DNA of 63,715 nucleotides, counting the filler, from Bigelowiella natans CCMP2755 (Eukaryota; Protista; Cercozoa): assembly GCA_000320545.1 (NCBI GenBank). It is 7 parts of 7 records of this genome, joined end to end, with 100 filler letters (N's around TTAATTAATTAA, not from the genome) between each part and the next. Parts side by side here need not be neighbours in the genome. Positions count along the whole stretch, not along the records: positions 53,282 to 54,641 come from ADNK01001453.1; positions 54,742 to 63,715 come from ADNK01002777.1; 5 more parts are not named here. One strand, 5' to 3'. Made by a program: the position numbers and the translations under genes. The notes beneath the pieces were generated by a model. It worked only from the letters and a program-made list of their open reading frames with translations. It was not told where the DNA came from and ran no database searches. How positions within the stretch are numbered: the first letter of the stretch is position 1; each line of letters opens with the position of its first letter. Below, one piece after another: positions 53,182 to 63,715 of this stretch.

Positions 53182-53281
53182 NNNNNNNNNNNNNNNNNNN
53201 NNNNNNNNNNNNNNNNNNNNNNNNNTTAATTAATTAANNNNNNNNNNNNNNNNNNNNNNNNNNNNNNNNNNNNNNNNNNNN
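53182..53281. other. Artificial assembly spacer
   Basis: N44-TTAATTAATTAA-N44. Confidence 0.98.
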
Positions 53282-53312
<31 letters not shown>

Positions 53313-54000
53313 GAGAGGGAGAGATTGAAGGAGGAGAAGCGAAATGGAGAGGCATGCAATGACACTTGAGATCTGGCACTTGAGCGCCGATCTCTTATAG
53401 TACCTGAGCTGAGACCTTTCGCATTCTTGGCAGTACATCTGTGCAGAGGAAAAGGGAAGGAGGAGGAGGAGGAGGAGGAGGAGGAGGAGGAGACAAGGAG
53501 GGTGACTTGTCGCTACATGAGAAGCAGTCGCTATTATCGCACGTATCTCTAGGAAAGAGGGGCCGGGGGGGGGAGCGGCGGGAAGGTAATACAGGAAGAA
53601 ATGGAAGCAAAGAGGAGGATTCCTCTCACCACCATCACCATCGTCATCATCATCATCATCATCATCATCATACTCCTCATCATTTAGCACCTTGTCCTCC
53701 CGGCAGTAGTAGCAGTAATAGTCATCGATGGGGTCTCGCGAAAGGGCCATCGTCTGTGGTTGGGGGAGGGAGGGAAGGTAGCACAAATTGAGAGATAACA
53801 ATCAAAAACTGTTTGTTTTTTTTTTTATGTGTGGAGATGGTGTGTACCCCTTCCAACTTTTCTAGAACACTCTTTTTGTAACATTCGCCCCTCCCCCCCC
53901 TCCCCCTGCTTCAACCAAAGCTCGTCCTATTTTCCCTCCTCCCCTCGTCTTCCCTCCTCCCCTCGTCCTCCCTCCCCCTCGTACATCATGACACACGTAA

Positions 54001-54036
<36 letters not shown>

Positions 54037-54037
54037 A

Positions 54038-54071
<34 letters not shown>

Positions 54072-54170
54072 CATTGCATCGTTTTGATCACTTCCTACCG
54101 TCCCCATCGTCACCGAGCGAACAACCGAAGAGCTGATAGCTCGAGTAGCCTGCAGCAGCAGCAGCAGCAT
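53282..54170 (-). CDS. Coding exon fragments, possibly the upstream part of TTI1
   Basis: Short coding-like exons (ATRAISSSVVRSVTMGTVGSDQNDAM, IRAIIATASHVATSH) on the same strand as TTI1 across the gap. Confidence 0.3.
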
Positions 54171-54641
54171 ATATCTATTAGTCGCGGATGATATTGGTGA
54201 TGATGTTGATGATTATGATATGCGTCTGATGCATATGCGCGATCATTGACGACTCTTGACAATGTTCCCAGATGTTGCTTTTTTATGTAATCCCCTCACC
54301 CCTTCCCCCTCTCTCCTGCCAAATAATTACCAATTTAACAACAACAGCCGACTCGGTCAAACGGGGGGGGACTATCTTCATCAACGATTCCGAGACGTCC
54401 TTTGTCAGCTTTGGCTCCTGAATGTTCGCAGCCACGCGAGGGGGGGGGGGGGGGGGGGGGAATGGGATGATGGTGATGGTGATGGTGATGGTGATGGTGA
54501 TGATGATGATGATGATGGTGGGGGTGGTGATGGTGGTGGTTGTGAGAGACGAAGAAGGGAAAGATGTATCGTAGTACTAACAAAAGAAGAGTGAGAGGGT
54601 GGAGATATTGACGATTGTGGATGGAGATTTAGATGCAGACG

Positions 54642-54741
54642 NNNNNNNNNNNNNNNNNNNNNNNNNNNNNNNNNNNNNNNNNNNNTTAATTAATTAANNN
54701 NNNNNNNNNNNNNNNNNNNNNNNNNNNNNNNNNNNNNNNNN
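54642..54741. other. Artificial assembly spacer
   Basis: N44-TTAATTAATTAA-N44. Confidence 0.98.
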
Positions 54742-57700
54742 TCGGTCTATGTCCTCCCCCCCCCCCCCCTAATGTCCATATAAAGGGTGCGATAGATCCC
54801 GAAATTTACCACTACTTCCATACTTCAATGGAACCCACCCACGCACCCCCTCCCCCGTTATCGGTTTGCCCTTCCATGAAGAGTACAAGCGCAAACGTGT
54901 GTGGGAAAGTTACGTCGAATTTCCTGGCAAATAGAAGCATCTTCTCCTCATATATAACGACCTACAATGATGTGTTCGCAGTAATATATATATATATATA
55001 TATATATTATATTTATATTTATATATTTATATTATGTGTGTGTGTGTGTGTGTGTGTGTGTTAAGCAATCATACACTGAAAACACAACAGCACCGCGTTG
55101 ACGACGTGGTAAGGCGACGCGAAAGGGAGCTCGGCCTTGGGAATGGCCACAACGCGGCGTTTCAGTGATGATATGCTATCGACAGCGTCTTGATCGAAGA
55201 AACCGAGGTCCTTAGCCGCCAACAGCTTTTGATAAACAAGAATCAGGACAGTGGATACCAGAGGGAGAAGGGGAGGGGGGGGGGGGCGTGTATACATCAG
55301 AGTCTGGTTTCTGAGCTAGTAGTGCTTATAATGTTCATCGATTGCTAGCTAATATTACTCCTACTACCACTAGTAACTACGACACCTGTCCAATATTGCT
55401 CGGAGCGTCATTTATCGCCTGCTCGCCCGGTATCCAAGTACTGGCGCCCTTGCTCTCCCCCTCCTCGGCCTCCTCCTTCTCCTCCTTCTTCCCCCCGTTC
55501 TCCCCATCCTCTGGCGACTTGTTGTCCCCTGTAGCCGGAGCTTCGTTCCCGGAGGATGATGACGGCTTCAGAGGCGTCGGCATGATTTGAACCGTTGCGC
55601 CCCTGTGACGATGACGACGGCGAGCAGGTAGATGTCACAGTAGCGACAAGGAGGAATACATGGGAATGTGTGTGTGTGTGTGTGTGTCTGTGTGTTTGTG
55701 CGTGCGTGGACGGCAAGAACCAGGAGGTATCTCCTCCTCCTCACACCGACATTCATCCTCAGTTGTCATAGTTCTTATCATCCATGCAACCATCCTCCTT
55801 GGCACATGCGCGAGTGGACGATACGCTAGCACATGCGCTCGTGCATAGATTCACGGCAGGTGCTGCCGACAATTACCCCCTCCCTAGCTTTTTCTCCATC
55901 TCCTTACGCATCTTGTCCAACACCTCTTGGGCGCCGCTAACCTTCAGGGACTGCTGCTCCTGTGCCGATCCTGCTTTCCAGACGAGATGAGACACATCAG
56001 CATTAGAGGGGCGGAGATAGAGGGGAGGGGGGGGAGGGGGGATAAGTAGAATGGCTATCAAGTTCAATAAACTCGAAACGAAGGAATAAGGAGAATGGCT
56101 CGCAAGTTTTAGCTTGAAACGAAGGCGGAGACCCAGTATCATCAAATCAAAAGTTTTATCATCTTCGTTCATAATACCGACAACTCCCTGCCTCCCCCCC
56201 CCCCCCACCAGCTTCCATGATTACTCTCACGACCTTGCTCCGCCTCTTTCGCCGTAACAATGCCGCTACCGGATTTGAGAGATACCCAGCCTGTGATGAT
56301 AATGATGATGATGATGATGATGATGATGATTCATAGATAAATAGACATCAGGGGAAACGAGACGTATAACAACGTTTTTCGCACCTTCATTTGGTTTGGC
56401 CAACTTCGCCCTGACGGCCTTCGTGGAAGGGTCAATAGTCACGCACTCTACCACGACCGAGGTGCCCCTTCTCAAAGAACCGATTTTCTCCGATTTCACA
56501 GACAACTATCGTCATTTATAGGTATATTCGTCTAAGGCAGGAGTTTCGAAGCATAGGCAATATGCAGGGGAGAGAGGCCCTTTGTGTGTATGTACGTGTA
56601 CACACACACACACACACACACACATGTGTGTGTGTGTGTGTGTGTGTGTTTGTGTATTCAGGCAGTTGCAACCCCTTGTCGGAGACTTGCAGGGCGGATC
56701 ATCAGATACGTCGCTCCTTTCTTAAACCTACGATTCACGTGTGTGTGTGTGTGTGTGTGTGTGTGAGTGAGTGAGTGTGTGTTTGTTTAAGTATGATACG
56801 AAACCACGACAACGATATTCCTATGTTCCCGTAGTCGTGGCCACTACGAGCATAATAGTTGGACATTTATTCGATTCATCAACGATCTCTTTCACCCCCC
56901 CCCCCTCCAACCCCTCCAACCCCTCGCCCCAGCTCCCCCCTCTCTGTGCATCAACATCTGATAAATATACTACCCATGAATAGCAGAAGGACTACTGCTA
57001 CTACTGCCCCCACTTGCTTCAGAATCAGCAGCTAAGAGCCCGAGCACGGTATATCTTTCAGTTAAGGACCAAAATTTAGATAATCATCGGCAGCATCAGT
57101 GAAAGCAGGGGGAAGGAAGCCGTGAACGACCTAGCACTCATTGCCGCCATCATCATCACCATCACCATCATCGTCGTCACCGTCACCATCATCATCACCA
57201 CCACCATCATGAAGCGTAACTACCTAAAGTACTGCTGCTTTAAGGAGGGATAACACTCGATTGATGTTATGCCGATAGGATCGAAGCCATCAAGGCCCTC
57301 CTGAAATATTGTACAGAGGCGGTGGCAGGGGGAGGGGGGGGGGGATTGGAGGAAAACCGGCGCAGGGGCATTGTACTTAGTGACGTTTATCTCTCTCTCT
57401 CTGAACAATTTATTTCGGGGAGTGACGCAAGGATGACTTCAAGACGTCGTACATATTGTACCTCGGAGGCAATACGCCGGACCGCCTGCGGAATCGACTC
57501 TAACGACAACATTATTGTATTTGCGTTCATTTTGAATGTTGCGGTTGACATCAAGCGATGCGTGTCGTGTGCGTGCGATGAAGATGCTGCATCAACAAAC
57601 AACCCTCTTTGTTCAGATCGTCCCAGGCCAGGCAATGTCCACCAGGCTGTGTAAGTACGGTAATGTGACGGCATGCTCAATCCGACGTTCATGTTCAAAA

Positions 57701-58108
57701 TCATTGCAAACAAACACGCAAATATTGTACGCATGCATACATCGTGCGAACGATAAAGATGATGTCAGCCTGAATTGACCTCTGACTTGTCCTTTCGGAG
57801 ATAAACCATTCCCGATTTCTGGACGACATGATCGAGTATAACCAGCGATAAGTTCTCAGTATATTTGTAGGTATCGTTCCCCTTCCTTTTCGGCCCCATC
57901 CCTTCTGCCAAAGCTAAAGCTACCCGTGTACCTTGTCAACAGGGAGCAGGGCGATCACTGCTCGATGATTGCCCCCGATTTCAACGACCTCGGGAGGCTT
58001 GGTTGTTCCGTCACATCCCATAGGCGCATACATTCTACCAGAATTTATCAAAGTCGAGAGCGCCTCCGCACCCTCCAGGCCACCCGCTGCATTTTTTGTT
58101 GAGGACAT
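54742..58108 (-). CDS. Multi-exon hypothetical protein with an SH3b-like segment, 3'-truncated
   Basis: Start MSSTKNAAGG. Exon 56386-56505 SVKSEKIGSLRRGTSVVV..VRAKLAKPNE/GWVS resembles an SH3-type barrel. Other exons have GT-AG ends. Confidence 0.55.
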
Positions 58109-58826
58109 GCTATTCGCCGAGCGAAGACCTGCCCACACGCACCACCAACCGCCGAGATAGTTCGTGAATATGATGCCCGCCGCACATTGTGGGGAATGGG
58201 GTTGTGCAGAGCAATGACAAATAGCATCTGCATACTATGCATCACCGCGCCACATTCGCACCTGCGTTCAACTAACCTTACTACAGTCGTATCGTATCGG
58301 GGGGGCGGAACGCAGTGAACACGTCTGTGCCGGCTCACGCTGGATCTACTTACCCTTTGTCGCATGCGAATATCCCCGTATATTTCTTTGTCGCATAAAG
58401 AAAAAGGCCCTCGACCCTGACTCAGATCCTTCTGTGGAGGGCAAAACCGGATCAGAATTCGCTTCGCCCACCGAATTTCGCAAAAATTAGGGTTATTTTT
58501 CATTACGACAAGTGTAAAGTCATGTCGCAGAGGAAGAAACCCAGCAGTTTTCTTCCACTCAAGACCACCGACGAAAAATAGGCGAAAGGAACCGCGAGGG
58601 CTCGAGACGTTTGCACTCTCTCTCTCTCCATGGCCAATAAATCTTCGGATAAAAAGGTCGGGGGAGTGTAATTTGTAACCAATACCGTTAGAAGCTACCG
58701 CGTCGACGCCGTTGCTAGATATCTTCCGCAAATATGAACGGCGCAGCAAATGTTGTTTCTCAATTATTTTCTCCACTATCAAAGGCGAAGAAGCAGAGTC
58801 ATGGAGAATCTAGCACGAATCAGAAA

Positions 58827-59991
58827 ATGACCTTTTATGGAGACATGGTAGGCAAATTTTGCGTTGACTCGAATTCCAATCCAAAGCTTTGAACGTACTA
58901 GATTTATGGTTCTTCACGTATGAATTTACGTGAAGAATGTGGACATTTCATGCCGCTCACACCTCTTTCTTTCTTCCGTGCTCTCAACAACAACAGGAAT
59001 ACTGGGATGAGAGGTATTTGAAGTCAGGAGATGTGACAAGGTTCGACTGGTACTTGCGATACAGCGCCTTCAAACCGACGGTATTGTGCATGTGCCGCAT
59101 GATCATCTAGTAACCCTGACGACCATATATCTTTTGCTATTGTTGCACCATTGCAGGTGATGGAAGCTCTCGGTCTACTGAAGAAAACATCGGATTCGAA
59201 GGAGGAGGAGGAGAAGGAGGAGGCAAGAGATGAGGGTGTGAAAGCGGAGGCTCTCTCGGCATCGCCAAATAGTACTGACACGGAGAGTAAGCAGCCACTA
59301 GTTGAATCGGAGGACAGCGCCAAACGGAAAGCGTCTCTTCGCGTTTTGGTTGTCGGGTGTGGAAATTCAGGTGGCGAGCATTTGATGTCTTGAAACTGTG
59401 CCTTATATGCTTTTCCACCACCCTCCTCCCATCACTCAGCCCTTTCGGAAGATCTTTACAAGGACGGATTCATTAATAGGTGACCGAGTTGTTGTTGCAT
59501 TCAAATGATAACGCCCCTTCCCGCATTTCTACCCCTCCCCTCTCAAATTATGAAACATGATTTGAAGTTGTTGGCTTTTTGCAAGCGTGAGCATTGACTA
59601 CTCGGAAGTCGTTATCGGGCAGATGCAAAAAGTCTACAAGAAGAGTATACCCGACTTACGATGTACGCATACGAGCACGCACTCATTCATGACAGTATAG
59701 AAGAGAAAGAGAGGGGGGAATAGACGACCTCCCCCGCCAATGAACAGTTCTGCCTCTCACTAGATTTTGTCCTCAATGAGCTATTTATGCCCTTCACTCA
59801 TCGTCCGCCTGAAGCACAGCACGGAACGAAGCAAATCTCATAATCACGCATTCTATCAACCAACAGTTGAGACCATGGACGTACGGGATATGAAGTTTGC
59901 TAAGGATACGTTCTTTGACGTTATATTCGATAAAGGTAGGAGGAGGGAGTTGGAGGGTTTGGGGGGGTCCGGTGCGCGAACGTTCCAACCG

Positions 59992-60035
<44 letters not shown>

Positions 60036-60323
60036 ATATATTATTAATTTCATCTTATATTTGCCAAGAAGATGAAAGTCTGAAGAAAGATACGGCAGTC
60101 TTCTATTCGACGTGGCTTATATTAAAGATTCTTCCTTCTCCTCCGCCCCCCCCTCCTCCCCACCGATAGGAACATTAGATACACTCTTATGCGGGGGTGA
60201 AGACACCGCACGAAATGCTAGGATGATGCTCTTTCACATCCACAAGGTCGTGCTGTCGTTCTTGCTCCGCTTTGTTGCAATATGATGCTGAGGGAGGGGT
60301 AATGAGGAGAATTCGCGGGCACA

Positions 60324-60373
<50 letters not shown>

Positions 60374-60781
60374 AAGAGAGGATAGGATGGGTGGAGGGGG
60401 GGAAGGGAAGGGAAAAGGAAGGTGAGAGTCCCATGAATTTGGCCACTGATGCTGGTGATATCCTGCTGCATAGGTGATGAAAGCAGGCTCGGTGTTCTTT
60501 ATTATCACTTATGGAACCCCCGACACGCGACTGCACTACCTCCAAAGCAGTCGATTCAAGTGGAACATCAAGCACTCGCAGATAGGTACGACGACGAAAG
60601 GATTTCCTTTCCATGATTGAGACGTTGAACAATGATGACGGCAATGATTGTGACCTAGGCAGAGATACTGATGATAGTTATCGCCTTCTCTATATGAGTC
60701 AGCAGCTTTCGGTGATCGGTCGTCAACGTTTCCCGTTTGTTTGCAGGTAAAAGGTACATCTACACGATGACGAAGCGCTAA
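58827..60781 (+). CDS. Class I SAM methyltransferase, EEF1AKMT4/METTL13-N-like, ~9 exons
   Basis: EYWDERY..FDWY, LRVLVVGCGNS/ALSEDLYKDG, IDYSEVVI, MDVRDMKF..FDVIFDK/GTLDTLLCG, ITYGTPDTRLHYL. Confidence 0.92.
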
Positions 60782-61411
60782 CGTGAGGGGAGATGGATAT
60801 TTTCAAAACCAAATCGGCTTTCATCTCAGATTAATAATTAGAATTCCAAAACTCAAGCATTATATGCGCTGTACCAGCACAACTACCGCATGTTGTCGGT
60901 GGGCTTTCGAACAGTGCACGGAAGCTAATCACTACTACTCGCACGCTCCGAATTCATTTCTAACAATCCTACTAAGACGAAACAGCATTTCGGCCTTCGC
61001 AAGCAAAGCTTGCTGCTATGTGCACGGCATTCTAGCATTGCATCTCTACGAGCATAGCGTCATATGCGCTCGCGTATATCACCATTTTATATTTCATGAT
61101 ATACAGCATGCATGCAGCTCGTGCACCTTGCTAGATTGCTACTAGCGCTGCGCGATGGTTGAATGTGTCGTGTGTGTGCAATGTATGTGAGCACTTGACT
61201 AGTTGAGGAGGACGTGGGCATTCCCGGTGCTAATAAATTCTAGATGTATGGCGGGCTGCCACTGCGCTATGATAGCTAGCGTACTTCTGCCCTGTACTAG
61301 TGTATAGGCATGCTAGCATATGTGCATGCAGTACAGCCTATATGTATCGGCACCGGTTATGCGCGTGTACTGACTAGTACTTTCAGATCGAAGCTGAGTC
61401 GTATAAGTGCA

Positions 61412-61467
<56 letters not shown>

Positions 61468-61599
61468 CACGCAGGCGGCCTCACTTTCGCATTACAGCTT
61501 CACATACGTTTAACGTGCAGTAGTATGCACATTTTGGACGGCGCCAAAGATGCTGTTCCGCTTTTGACTAAATAGTGGAAATTGCCACTGAGCGGTGAA

Positions 61600-62081
61600 C
61601 ATATATGCCCTATTACTGCCCCAATCAAGAGGAATTTAATGAATTCATAAAGTCTTCGAGAGTTTTGGTTGTAAGATCCGCCTACGTAGGTGAACACACG
61701 ACGTGGCAACGAACACTGTGAGAAGAAGGGAAGAGGAAAAACTTATGGCAGCACGATCGCCAACAACGCTATCATATGCTGTCCATCGTGAATAAATTTG
61801 TTCCGGTTCTTCTTAAAATCCAAGGATCCTTTTTCATCTTCCTATTCTGTTACTGCATAGCAGCTGTACCTGCTCGAGATGTGGCACGTGACCGCACTCT
61901 GGAACCCACACGAGCCTTGCATTTGCGATGTCCTGCTCAAAGCGTGAGGCCGGCTCCGTACCTAAGATCTTGTCTTGTTCGCCCCACATTATCTGAGCAG
62001 AGGATATATATCGACGAGGGCCAAGGAAGAGGTGGAAGACGAGGAGTTACGAGAGAGCAATGTCGGAACTGTGGTTGCAGT

Positions 62082-62116
<35 letters not shown>

Positions 62117-63007
62117 GAGTAACATCTCATCGTCAGGATTTCGTAGCTGCCGCTTCTGCTACTGCGACTGCTACCAAGGTAGGCACGCTGAGGTCCTTTA
62201 TTCGCCCGCTCAGGACGTAGCCTCCACCTTGCATCCACCTGAGAGAGGAGGTGGTTCAACGCAAAGATATATATTATTAGTATCATTATGGTAAATAGTA
62301 GTAGTAGTAGTGAAAGGGAACTCCAAATAACACAGTTATTCTGCTTTGATGAGACTCAGTGGCAATAATCTAAGCAAGGAAGTGATGAGCACGAGAACAA
62401 TCCTTCGCTAGTCGTGCACGGGGGTGGGGCCAAAAGTCTTCTCAAGGAAGGAAACGGACTGTTTGTTGTATGTCTTCCAGTTAGGCATGTAGGTGTGGAG
62501 CCGCCCGATGAGCATTGCATCCTTTCATTAGCGCGACACAGACAAAGAGGTGGTGAAAGGCATGAACGGTCAAACACACTATGAATCATCTAAATCCGCT
62601 CGAGCAAACTCACCGCCACCACCTAACGCTGCGGCTGCTACTGCTTGATAGCACAACGGTTCTCTGCAAAAGACGCAGTTCTCCTCTCCCCTCTCCTCCT
62701 CCTCCTCCTCCTCCTCCTCTTCCCCCGTCCTCCATTTTTTTCTTCTTATCTCATACTCTTCTTCTTCTTCTTCTTCTTCTTCTTCTTCTTCTTCTTCTTC
62801 TCAGTATCCTTAGTCGTCCCCCTTACTTACTGACCACCAACCTTGGTTGCATAGGTGTCTTTGTCGTAGTAGGACTGCACGTTTGCGATCTGTCGCAGAG
62901 GTTCGCTGCGGAGAACATTCAGGCCTGAGCAAGAAAACAACAATTGTAGCCGTGCTTAGAGAAGACTTTGGCAGATAGTGCTGAAAACAACGATGATTTT
63001 CTCCCAG

Positions 63008-63060
<53 letters not shown>

Positions 63061-63101
63061 TGTAAAAAATAATGTACACACACACACACACACACACACA
63101 C

Positions 63102-63138
<37 letters not shown>

Positions 63139-63715
63139 AATGTTCATCATGAATTCTGGAGGAGACTGAACCCCATCGATATATGCCTACATTGCATTTA
63201 TTGTTCATAAGTGATTGTGATACTCTCCTCCGCTCTTCCCTACTCCCCCCCCCTCTCCCTCTAATTACCTGCGCGTCGATGAGAACGAGTCCTGCCACCG
63301 CATCTGGATGTTCCAGAGCAAAGTCGATGGCAACGGCACCACCCAAGCTTGCGCCGCAAAGAACCTGAATCAAGGGACACGATGCGGATTTAAGCAACCG
63401 ACAATACTAGGAGGAGCAGGGAAACGACTGCTTCATTACTGATGTTATTCATTCCGCATGGAACATAAGTTTAGAACATGTCACTATCGCACTTCGACTA
63501 CACTTCTCTTCCCCCCCCTCCCCCCCCCCCCCTTTATGTTCTCTTATTCTCGGTTCTGATTGCAAAAAGCGAAAAAATATTTTTGGTGGCCCCTTCTCTC
63601 CATTCGTCCCACCCCCCCCTCTACTTACTATGGGTTTCCCAATGTGCTGCTTCCAGTATTGGTATAGGTGCTCCCTTGATTGTTCAGATTATGGGTGAAT
63701 GACGCCAACGAAGAA
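61600..63715 (-). CDS. Alpha/beta-fold hydrolase (plant/cyanobacterial type), 5'-truncated; 3' end uncertain
   Basis: VLCGASLGGAVAIDFALEHPDAVAGLVLIDAQ/GFIDG/LNVLRSEPLRQIANVQSYYDK/DAMLIGRLHT. GxSxG nucleophile elbow. Confidence 0.85.

Overview
Intron-dense, microsatellite-rich eukaryotic nuclear DNA. It is probably from a photosynthetic protist, because plastid-type rhodanese and alpha/beta-hydrolase genes and a protist-type AOX are present; a chlorarachniophyte-like alga is plausible but not provable here. Seven segments are joined by six artificial 100-bp N44-TTAATTAATTAA-N44 spacers. About 20 mostly spliced genes can be read: DDX52/ROK1 and DBP3-like helicases, an intronless pectin acetylesterase, a Sec6-like/C2/PH fusion, a degenerate ARF-like GTPase, a pepsin-type protease, an ABCC tail, ARL1, AOX, an ET+Tudor-like protein, a rhodanese, an ankyrin protein, SWEET, TTI1, an EEF1AKMT4/METTL13-like methyltransferase, an alpha/beta hydrolase and several orphans. 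The most striking signal is non-coding: two sharply bounded ~1-kb domains (10874-11904 and 13205-14231) almost lack TpA. By hand count they hold 17 TpA in ~2.06 kb, 12 of them in CTAG. Two copies of a repeat inside these domains differ by TA>CA/TG changes, and one domain holds a perfect inverted 54-bp copy of a neighbouring exon. This looks like a region-targeted, CTAG-sparing TpA>TpG/CpA hypermutation process (the reverse of fungal RIP), or a base modification miscalled at TpA. All counts, alignments and splice models were made by eye.
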